64,000 nt of DNA from Pseudomonadota bacterium (GTDB lineage: Bacteria > Bdellovibrionota > UBA1018 > CAIMNF01): the NCBI GenBank assembly GCA_027491115.1, contig JAIXWV010000016.1:10657-74656 (forward strand), given 5' to 3'. A model generated the notes under the pieces. That model did not search any database. It was not told the DNA's origin and was given only the letters and a program-made list of their open reading frames with translations. Both the position numbers and the translations under genes were made by a program. Shown piece by piece: positions 26,085 through 34,232 of this stretch (position 1 is the stretch's first letter; every line of letters begins with the position of its first letter).

Positions 26085-29000
26085 ATGAAAATCAAGCGCC
26101 TGGAAATTCAAGGGTTCAAATCGTTCAAAGACAAAACGGTCATTTACTTCGATCGTCCGATCACCGGGATCGTTGGTCCGAACGGGTCTGGAAAATCGAA
26201 CATCGTCGATGCCTTTTTCTGGGTGATGGGCGAGCAGTCGTACAAACACATCCGTTCGAGTGGTTCGGACGACATCATTTTCAAAGGGAGCTCCAAATAC
26301 CAGCCCCTCGGATTGGCAGAAGCCACGCTCGTGATGGAGCAGGAGTATCTCGACACCGAGAGCGCGCCGATGGGTGCGTCTCTGGCTGAAGATTTCAATT
26401 CGGATTCGATGGATGACGGTGCAAAGGCTAAAGCGGGAATCAAGAGCAAGGAGATATCCGTCACCCGCCGTGTGTACCGCACAGGAGAAGGCGAATACTT
26501 CATCAATGGTGTGCCTGCCCGTCTGAAGGACATCCAGGAATTGTTTCTTGATACCGGTGTCGGCGCTAAAGGTTACTCGGTGATCGAGCAAGGACAGATC
26601 GGCAAGGTGGTCAATTCCAAGCCCGAAGACCGTCGCTTGCTCATCGAAGACGCTGCCGGGATCGCGAAGTACAAGCAGCGCAAAAAAGAATCTCTGAGAA
26701 AGCTCGAAGGCGCGAATCAAAACCTTCAGCGCATCAATGACGTATTGGCCGAAATCGATCGCTCTTTGGCCAGTCTTGAGCGTCAGGCCCAAAAGGCCCG
26801 CAAGTACAAGGAGTACCGCTCGGAACTCCTCGAGAAGGAAACCACTTGGGGGCGTCGTCGCTATCAGGTTCTGAACCGTCAGCTCGGCAAGATCGAACAG
26901 GATCGGACCGGTCTCGAGCATCTTCTTGCAGGAATGCGCGCGGAGCTCTCTCAGTGCGAGCTCGATCTCGAATCCCACAGGACACTCCAGCTCACCGACT
27001 CCAAGGTGGTTGAACAGTTGCAGGCGGAAGTGGAGCGTGCTTCCAACGAGCTCACCCAACATCAGAGTGCCCTGGATCTCTCTCGCCGGCGTCAGGAAGA
27101 TCTGAACCGCCAGTTGGTCCAGCTCGGGACCGAAAAAGGACAAATCGAAGAGGATCTCACCCGCCTGCGTGAATCGGTGAGCCTGAAGCAAGAGGAGTTC
27201 GAAGGTCTGGATGCCCGGTTCGAGAACATCGCCAACGAGGCGGAAGATCTCGCCAATCGTGTGGTCACCCTTCGTCAGTCGCATTCCGAAGACAAGCGTC
27301 AGGCGGAAATGAAGCGTCGCGAGTTTGTCGAACTGACCCAGAAATCCTCCCAGAGTTACTCGCGGATCGCCGCCCTTCAGGAGCGGATCCAGGGATCGGA
27401 AAGCCAGCTCGAGCGACTGAATTCGCAGAACAGCGAGTTGCATGTGGAGCTCGCCGAGCGCCGAGCTGAATTTGAAACCCTGTCGGTGACTCTCGAAGAA
27501 AAACAGGCTGCCCGCGCAACTGCTCGCGAAGCGCTGGATCAAAAGCGCGACGAGCTCCGTGGTCTCGAAGCGAAGATCAAGACCACCCGCCAGGAGCGCG
27601 ACCAGGCACTGAAGGTTCTCGCATCCGTCACCTCGCGACTCAAGAGTCTCGAAGAGCTCGAGCGCGCCCGTGAAGGGATGGCCAACGGTCCAAAAAAACT
27701 TCTCGAGTGGGCCCGTGAATCGGGAAAAGCTTTCTCCGTCCTTTCAGATTACATCGAAGTCGATTCCGGCTACGAGATCGCCACCCAGGCGGTGCTCGGG
27801 CACGCGTTCGACCGCTTGTACGCCCAGGATGCAGACGCGGCTTTCTCTGCCCTCCACTTTTTGCGTGAGCACGATGCGGGAAGTGCGGCCATCCAGATTT
27901 CCGTCCCCAAGATGGAGTCGTCCGAAAAAGCTGCGTACAACCCCCTCCGGAAGTTCATCAGTTTGACCTCCCCCGAGGGTGCGCACCCTGAGACGGTTCG
28001 CGCGATTCATCAGCTGCTCGAGTCCTTGGTGATGTCTGTCGAGCTCCTCGAGGAAGTTCCGGCACTCGGTGACATCCAGACCTACCAGTCCGCCGGGATC
28101 AGCTTCGTGACCCGGAACGGAATCTGGTTCGATTCGACCCAAGGTGTGTTGTTCGGTGGCAATGCCGAGAGCGAGCAGGCCGCCTCTGTGCTTTCGCGCA
28201 AGCGCACCATCCAGGAGTTGAAGGTCGAAGCCGAGCAGGCCGAGAGTGCATTGAGCACGATCGAAACTGCGCTTTCCACTCTGCAGCAAAGTCTCGACGG
28301 TTTCGAGATCGCCATCCAGGATCTTTCCCAGCAAAAGAGCGATCTTGAGATCGAAGTCGGTTCTCTTGAAAAAGAGTGCGCCCAGATCGAGCGCAAGCTC
28401 GGAGAGATGGAGCGTTCGACCTCCCGATTCCAAGGTGAGCGGGATCAGCTGGATTCCCAGATTTCTTCTTCGCGCCAGGAAATCGTGTCGATCGAAGAGT
28501 CTTTGGTGACGATTGCCGACACCCGCGCGTCCATCGAGGCGTGGATCGGCGAACATGAGGCCCTTCTTGTTGCGAAGGACGAAGAACTTCAGAATGCCGA
28601 ACAGGATCTTCAGGCCATCCGGATTCAGGAAGCCGGAGAGCGTGAGCGGAAAAACTCGCTGAAGAAAGAGCTCGAAACCGAACAGCGGTACTTGAATGAC
28701 CGTGAGCGCCGCTTGGGCGAGGTCGAGAATCTGCTCGAGTCCTTCCAGTCCGACCGGTTCCAGTACTCTGAGGGTGACAGCGAACACCAGTCGGCCATCG
28801 AAGTTCTGATGCGCTCCCTTTCCGAGAAGCGTGAGGAGCTTTCCGTCCTGCGTGATCGTCTCGAGCAGTCCAATGAATTGGTCAGCTCGGGTATGGAGAA
28901 AATCCGTGGCCTGCACAAGCTCGGAGAAGAAAAAACTCGCACCGTGAACCAGTTGGCGATCGATCTCGAGCGCATCCAGTCAGAGGTCAATCATCTGAAG

Positions 29001-29765
29001 GCCAACATGGAAGAGAAGTACGGTGTCGGTTGCCTGGAAGAACCGCAGGGGCTTGATATCCAGGAAGAGATGACCGATCCGGTGGTGACGATCGAGATGT
29101 CGGAAGAAGAAGAGCGCGCGCTCCAGACCGAAGTGGAAGAGTTGCGCGAGAAAATCCGCCGTCTCGGTGAAGTGAACACCATGGCAGTCGAGGAATACGA
29201 AGAAATGCAGAAGCGTCACGAGCACCTCTTCAAGGAGAAGATGGATCTCGAATCCTCCATGCAGAATCTGAACGAGGCGATCGAACACATCAACAAAACT
29301 TCCGAAGAGCGCTTCCGCAAGGCCTTCGAAGCCATTTCAGTTCGCTTCGAAAAGCTCTTTCCGATCATTTTCGGTGGCGGTCAGGCTCAGCTCTCGTTGG
29401 TTTATCCCGAGGGCTCGAATGACATCATGGAAGCGGGCGTGGACATTCTCGCCCAGCCTCCTGGTAAGAAGATCTCGAACATGACCTTGCTTTCCGGGGG
29501 CGAAAAAGCTCTCACGGCATTGTCGATGATCTTCGCGATCTTCATGGTGAAGCCGTCTCCCTTCTGTATTCTCGACGAGGTCGACGCACCTCTCGATGAC
29601 GCCAACATCGGGAAGTTCAACGCCCTGGTACGGGAGATGTCTGCCAAGTCCCAGTTCATTCTGGTGACCCACAACAAGAAGACCATGGAACTCAACGATA
29701 CTCTGTACGGTGTCACGATGGAGGAGCCCGGTGTTTCTCGCATGGTCTCGATCCAGCTTCAGTGA
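26085..29765 (+). CDS. smc: chromosome segregation protein SMC
   Basis: GFKSF, GPNGSGKSN Walker A, long coiled coils with hinge, LSGGE, LDEVDAPLD. Confidence 0.97.
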   Translation: MKIKRLEIQGFKSFKDKTVIYFDRPITGIVGPNGSGKSNIVDAFFWVMGEQSYKHIRSSGSDDIIFKGSSKYQPLGLAEATLVMEQEYLDTESAPMGASLAEDFNSDSMDDGAKAKAGIKSKEISVTRRVYRTGEGEYFINGVPARLKDIQELFLDTGVGAKGYSVIEQGQIGKVVNSKPEDRRLLIEDAAGIAKYKQRKKESLRKLEGANQNLQRINDVLAEIDRSLASLERQAQKARKYKEYRSELLEKETTWGRRRYQVLNRQLGKIEQDRTGLEHLLAGMRAELSQCELDLESHRTLQLTDSKVVEQLQAEVERASNELTQHQSALDLSRRRQEDLNRQLVQLGTEKGQIEEDLTRLRESVSLKQEEFEGLDARFENIANEAEDLANRVVTLRQSHSEDKRQAEMKRREFVELTQKSSQSYSRIAALQERIQGSESQLERLNSQNSELHVELAERRAEFETLSVTLEEKQAARATAREALDQKRDELRGLEAKIKTTRQERDQALKVLASVTSRLKSLEELERAREGMANGPKKLLEWARESGKAFSVLSDYIEVDSGYEIATQAVLGHAFDRLYAQDADAAFSALHFLREHDAGSAAIQISVPKMESSEKAAYNPLRKFISLTSPEGAHPETVRAIHQLLESLVMSVELLEEVPALGDIQTYQSAGISFVTRNGIWFDSTQGVLFGGNAESEQAASVLSRKRTIQELKVEAEQAESALSTIETALSTLQQSLDGFEIAIQDLSQQKSDLEIEVGSLEKECAQIERKLGEMERSTSRFQGERDQLDSQISSSRQEIVSIEESLVTIADTRASIEAWIGEHEALLVAKDEELQNAEQDLQAIRIQEAGERERKNSLKKELETEQRYLNDRERRLGEVENLLESFQSDRFQYSEGDSEHQSAIEVLMRSLSEKREELSVLRDRLEQSNELVSSGMEKIRGLHKLGEEKTRTVNQLAIDLERIQSEVNHLKANMEEKYGVGCLEEPQGLDIQEEMTDPVVTIEMSEEEERALQTEVEELREKIRRLGEVNTMAVEEYEEMQKRHEHLFKEKMDLESSMQNLNEAIEHINKTSEERFRKAFEAISVRFEKLFPIIFGGGQAQLSLVYPEGSNDIMEAGVDILAQPPGKKISNMTLLSGGEKALTALSMIFAIFMVKPSPFCILDEVDAPLDDANIGKFNALVREMSAKSQFILVTHNKKTMELNDTLYGVTMEEPGVSRMVSIQLQ

Positions 29766-30399
29766 GGTTTGTCTCAAGGTATTGATCCTGTCCGTCCCGG
29801 TTTCGGCCGGGGCGGAGGTATCATTGCCCCCTCTTCTTGGTGAGGTTCAAGCCCAGTACCAGAAAGTGTCTGGCATTGAGGCACGTTTCAATCAGGAAAC
29901 AGACGTGAAGGCCACCCGACAGATCAAGAAAGCGAAGGGCCGGATCTGGATCAAGCGTCCGAACAAGCTCAGGTGGGAAACGCTTGAGCCCGACCCCAAT
30001 ATTCTGGTCAGTGACGGACAGACTTTCTGGTTTTACACCCCTCCTTTTGATCCGACGGAGCGGGGCCAGGTCATCATCAAAAAGACCGCTCAGGTACAGA
30101 CGCGGTTTCTCAATTCATTATTGAGTGGAAGTTTTGATTTCGGAAACGGCGCGGTTTCGATCGAGGATCGAATGCGGGGCAAGTTTCTGCTCCGGCCCAA
30201 GGCGGGTACCGCCGGTGACGTGCAGAGTGCCGAAATCGAAATCGACCCGATCAAGAAAACGATCCACCGAGTGGAGTTGGTTCACGCCAGTGGCAACCGA
30301 ACCACAATCAAGCTGGAAGAGTTGAAGCTGGTAGGTAAGATCGAAGACAAGTGGTTCCGTTTCATCCCGGACAAGAATACCGATAAGATCGTGGAGTGA
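29731..30399 (+). CDS. lolA: outer-membrane lipoprotein carrier LolA
   Basis: ARFNQ, GRIWIKRPNKLRWE, LVSDGQTFWFY; start uncertain (GTG after ggagga). Confidence 0.88.
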   Translation: MFLAWSRSSFSEVCLKVLILSVPVSAGAEVSLPPLLGEVQAQYQKVSGIEARFNQETDVKATRQIKKAKGRIWIKRPNKLRWETLEPDPNILVSDGQTFWFYTPPFDPTERGQVIIKKTAQVQTRFLNSLLSGSFDFGNGAVSIEDRMRGKFLLRPKAGTAGDVQSAEIEIDPIKKTIHRVELVHASGNRTTIKLEELKLVGKIEDKWFRFIPDKNTDKIVE

Positions 30400-30480
30400 G
30401 GACCGCCCGGTTCTGGCTCAGATCCGGTTCCGGACGGTCCTACTCTCAGATCGATGAAAGGGTGGACGGAGGCTCGGTTT

Positions 30481-31314
30481 TTACAGGAGCTTCAGTGCCA
30501 TGTGTGGGGCAGAGTTGGCTTGAGCCAACACCGAGACTCCGGCTTGCCGGAGAATCTGTTTCTGCGCCAAACTCGTCGCCTCTTCGGCGATGTCCGCATC
30601 CGCGATTCGAGACCTTGCGTTTGCGAGGTTCTCTTTTGCGATTGCGAGTGTGTTGGTGGTCGAAACCAACTTGTTTTGCATGGCTCCGAGTCCGGCGCGG
30701 GCTCCGGTCACCGAGGCGATGGCCTCGTCGAGCTTGTCAATCGAGTCTCTGGCATCGTCAATCGATTCTGCCTTGATTCCCGATATACCAAGCCTGTCGA
30801 CCCGGACGTCGTAGTCCTTCACAGAGAATTGGATTCGGTCCGCTTCGTTGTTGCGGGCGCCGACCTGGAACTCGAGTGAGCTCTTGTTGGCCTCCCCGTT
30901 CAAGAGGGGAGTACCGTTGAAATTGGTGACGTTGGCGATCCGGTCGATCTCCGCCTTCAGGCTCTGGTATTCCTTGTCGATGAATCCGCGTTCGCGGTCA
31001 CCGATGGTATCCGAAGAAGCCTGGATCGAGAGTTCTCTGAGTCGGGTGAGAATATTCCCGATCTCTGAAAGGCCGCCTTCGGCGACTTGTACGAACGAGA
31101 TCCCGTCGTTTGCATTCCGTTCCGCTTGTTTGAGAGAGCGGACCTGAGCATGCAGGTTCTCTGAAATGGACAACCCCGCGGCGTCATCGCCTGCTGAGGT
31201 GATCCGGTTACCGGAAGCGAGCCGGCTAAAGACTTTGGCTTCATCGTTACTTGTCCGAGACAAGTTCCTTTGAGCTGCCATCGAGGCGATATTGGTTCCA
31301 ATGCGAAGTCCCAT
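30481..31314 (-). CDS. fliC: flagellin (277 aa)
   Basis: MGLRIGTN, RLASGNRITSAGDDAAGL, RSRIADADIA, VLAQAN. Confidence 0.96.
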   Translation of the reverse strand: MGLRIGTNIASMAAQRNLSRTSNDEAKVFSRLASGNRITSAGDDAAGLSISENLHAQVRSLKQAERNANDGISFVQVAEGGLSEIGNILTRLRELSIQASSDTIGDRERGFIDKEYQSLKAEIDRIANVTNFNGTPLLNGEANKSSLEFQVGARNNEADRIQFSVKDYDVRVDRLGISGIKAESIDDARDSIDKLDEAIASVTGARAGLGAMQNKLVSTTNTLAIAKENLANARSRIADADIAEEATSLAQKQILRQAGVSVLAQANSAPHMALKLL

Positions 31315-31382
31315 ACTCCATTGCCCTTTCGTCCACGCTGTGCCCGTTATGCGTGCCCGGCCCCCCTTTAAGAACCGAGACT

Positions 31383-31409
31383 TTTTTGACGCCCTCAAGA
31401 ACAAGTTTA
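31383..31409 (-). promoter_or_regulatory. possible weak sigma28 promoter
   Basis: TAAA-N15-GTCAAAAA (degenerate -10). Confidence 0.4.
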
Positions 31410-31534
31410 GAAAACTTTTTGTCTTGATGCATCAAAAAAGTTGAGCAATGAAGTTGGTTTTTTTATTTATAATAAAAACGAACACTTAACGTCGATTTAT
31501 CAACGACTTTCCTGTTCGTGGGCAAACAACAGTA

Positions 31535-31564
31535 GCCCGAGGAGGGGGTTGCCCCTCCCCGGGC
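31535..31564 (-). terminator. hairpin downstream of the first flagellin gene
   Basis: gcccgaggagggg...cccctccccgggc inverted repeat. Confidence 0.6.
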
Positions 31565-31581
31565 CTGCCGTCAGGATGGAA

Positions 31582-32415
31582 TTATCCTAAGAGCTTCAGA
31601 GCGCTCATGGCGTTGTTGTTTGCTTGACTGAGGACCGAAGTGCCTGCTTGGGAGAGGATATTCGACTTGGTGAGTTCCGAAGTCTCCGAAGCGATGTCCA
31701 CATCGTAGATGCGGCTTCTTGCGGCCGAGAGGTTTTCCTCATAGATGTTGAGGTTGCTGATGGTCGCAGCAAAGCGGTTCTGGAGAGCGCCCACTTCCGA
31801 ACGGTTTTCGGAAAGCATCTTGATGGCGCCATCGATCTTCTCCAGGTTTGCCTGAGCGGCTTCCTTGGTTTCGGTGTTCACATCCGCAACGCCGAGAGCG
31901 TCTGCAGAGACGTTCAGTTTTGCAGTGTCGTACACGAAACGGTCATGCTCCGGGGAGTTGTTGAGACCGACTTGGATTTCGAGTTTGTCTCCTTGGCCGG
32001 AGAGCAACTTCGCACCGTTGAATTCGGTGGTCGAGGAAATCCGGTCGATCTCAGAGCGGAGCTGGGTCATCTCTTTGTTGATGAAGCCCCTTTCCTTGTC
32101 GCCGATGGTGTCCGAAGCCGCTTGGATGGACAATTCGCGGAATCGGGTCAGGATGTTACCGATCTCGGCCATGCCACCTTCCGCCACTTGCACGAGGGAG
32201 ATACCGTCGTTGGCGTTGCGGTTGTCTTGGCGCAAGGAGCGGATGTCCGCCTTCATTTTTTCGGAAATCGCCAACCCTGCCGAGTCGTCAGCGGCTTTGG
32301 CAATCCGGGTTCCGGAAGCGACCTTTTCCAAGCTTGCTTGTTGCTTGGCATTGGACACGCCCAGATTTCGCTGAGCCGCCAGTGATTGAACGTTAGTATT
32401 AATGCGTAAACCCAT
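31582..32415 (-). CDS. fliC: flagellin (277 aa)
   Basis: MGLRINTNVQSLAAQRNL, ADDSAGLAISE, RSRIYDVDIA; RBS gaggagga. Confidence 0.96.
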   Translation of the reverse strand: MGLRINTNVQSLAAQRNLGVSNAKQQASLEKVASGTRIAKAADDSAGLAISEKMKADIRSLRQDNRNANDGISLVQVAEGGMAEIGNILTRFRELSIQAASDTIGDKERGFINKEMTQLRSEIDRISSTTEFNGAKLLSGQGDKLEIQVGLNNSPEHDRFVYDTAKLNVSADALGVADVNTETKEAAQANLEKIDGAIKMLSENRSEVGALQNRFAATISNLNIYEENLSAARSRIYDVDIASETSELTKSNILSQAGTSVLSQANNNAMSALKLLG

Positions 32416-32540
32416 AGATCCTCCTCAATAGGTCATGGTGTCCCCTTGCGGGAACGGTTATTAGTTGCTGACAGGTTTGCTGTACGCCATCAGATGGAGT
32501 TCTTGACCGATTTAGTCCGTCAAAAACCTCACACTGGACC

Positions 32541-32568
32541 ATATCGGTCGGGAATTGGAAAAGCTTGA
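32541..32568 (-). promoter_or_regulatory. sigma28 (FliA) promoter of flagellin
   Basis: TCAAG-N15-ACCGATAT about 125 nt upstream of the ATG. Confidence 0.7.
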
Positions 32569-32791
32569 GGACTATTTGTCAGGAACTTGTCGCAGGGTTG
32601 GGAATACAGGAGAGTGAGGCAGTAGCCCAGGGCCCTGTTGAGGTTAGGGTGTTGATTTTGATCGGGAATAGGCGCTGATCGATCCCGGGCTCCCGGGGGC
32701 GCTAAATTTTGGCCAAATGTGCGGCGCGCAAATCAAACCCTACACAGAAGCAACGGGACTGTTGCAAAAACCTTGATGGACCCTGAAGGGT

Positions 32792-33274
32792 TCAAGGGAG
32801 GGGCCCCAGGCGTTCGATCTGCCGAAGGGCTTCGTAAACAGTGATACTCACCGCATTCGACAGATTCAAGGATCGGACGCGGGCGTCGTACATGGGAATC
32901 CGAATCAGGGCTTCGGCGTGGCGATCGAGAATCCAATCCGCGAGGCCGGTGGTCTCTTTGCCGAAGATGAGGTAGTCCCCGGCTTGAAAGCTCACATCAT
33001 ACAGGGTCTGCCCGGCCCGGGTTTCGATCAGGTGAATCCGTGCATCCGGAGTCAGTGAGTCGAAGAAATGATTCGAGGACTCATGGACATGGACCTGGAG
33101 GTGTTCCCAATAGTCTAACCCAGCACGTTTCAAAGCTTGGGCATCAATGCTGAAGCCAAGGGGCTTGACGAGATGAAGAGCCGATCCTGTGGCCATACAC
33201 AAGCGACCCACCGACCCTGTGTTTTGGGGGATTTCGGGTTCAATCAGGACCACATTCAGTCGTGATGTCCCCAT
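32792..33274 (-). CDS. trmL: tRNA (cytidine/uridine-34-2'-O)-methyltransferase
   Basis: EPEIPQNTG, LKRAGLDYW, FGKETTGL, RSLNLSN. Confidence 0.95.
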   Translation of the reverse strand: MGTSRLNVVLIEPEIPQNTGSVGRLCMATGSALHLVKPLGFSIDAQALKRAGLDYWEHLQVHVHESSNHFFDSLTPDARIHLIETRAGQTLYDVSFQAGDYLIFGKETTGLADWILDRHAEALIRIPMYDARVRSLNLSNAVSITVYEALRQIERLGPLP

Positions 33275-33281
33275 GCCAGCT

Positions 33282-34184
33282 TCAGGGAGAGATTCGGACA
33301 CGAATGAGTCCTCCGACAAAGGTGGTTTTCCCCTCGAATTCGATCAGTCGGCCGCTCACCGTCGTCACGCGGAGAGGCGCATAGGGGAGAGGTTCTGGGG
33401 TGGCCGGATCTTGTGGGGTGATCTGGATCGTATCAAACACGGGGGTGGCTCCGTCGAGACGGTAGCGACGAGTGGGATTCGAAATGTGCAACAGGATCCG
33501 GTGATCTCCCGGGTTGTAGGCATAGCCGGTGACATTCACCATGTGGCTCCCGGATTTTTTCCAAACTCTGAGGTTGGGGTCCCAGGTCATGAATGCCAGG
33601 GTCAGAGCCACTTCATCTTCTGAGCGGACGGCATTCAGAATATCCGACAGGGTCGGAGCGCGATCTTCATATCGGAGCCCAGGGAATCGAGTGCGGGCAC
33701 CCAGGCGCCTGATCAGGTTCACGCGCTCACCCGTCAGTCCGCCAGCGTTCAAAAAGCGAGAGACACACTCGGCACCAGCCAGTGGATCTATTGGAGCGGA
33801 TGGGTCGATCTCACAATCCCTCATGAATCCCAGAATGGCCTTGGATCCTTCAAGCTTTTTTCCGTCACTTGAGAGGCCGTCCAGGGGGATTCCTCCGGCT
33901 GAATCTGCAGCGAGCACCCGGGCTCGGGCCAGGAGATTGGTCAGTGTGGCCGGAATGCAGAGGCCCGTGACGCCAGTCGAGCCCACGGGGCTCCCGGACC
34001 CGGTCATCAGGAGGGGGTCATTCTGCCAAAGGTAAAACGGAGTGGAGCGATTCGACTCTTCCTTGTAGCCGAGCAAGGGGGTTGCGAATGTTCCGGCTTT
34101 GCTCAGTGCCACCTCCTCCGCCCGGATGGGCGCAGAGGACAGCAGTGTGAGGGCGAGGAGGGCCGGAACCGAGGAAGTCCACAT
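33282..34184 (-). CDS. secreted protein with papain-like/C39-like Cys-His-Asn motifs
   Basis: Signal peptide; GLCIPATLTNLL, GSHMVNVTGY, LHISNP. Confidence 0.6.
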   Translation of the reverse strand: MWTSSVPALLALTLLSSAPIRAEEVALSKAGTFATPLLGYKEESNRSTPFYLWQNDPLLMTGSGSPVGSTGVTGLCIPATLTNLLARARVLAADSAGGIPLDGLSSDGKKLEGSKAILGFMRDCEIDPSAPIDPLAGAECVSRFLNAGGLTGERVNLIRRLGARTRFPGLRYEDRAPTLSDILNAVRSEDEVALTLAFMTWDPNLRVWKKSGSHMVNVTGYAYNPGDHRILLHISNPTRRYRLDGATPVFDTIQITPQDPATPEPLPYAPLRVTTVSGRLIEFEGKTTFVGGLIRVRISP

Positions 34185-34232
34185 GGCGCCATTTCTACAT
34201 CATCACCGTGTAAATATCAATTCTTCTTCGAT

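Noticed and set aside
32771..32798. Similarity to the E. coli 6S 3' segment (GGGTTCAAGGG)
   Set aside because: Short match overlapping the trmL stop codon; more simply a hairpin at the gene end
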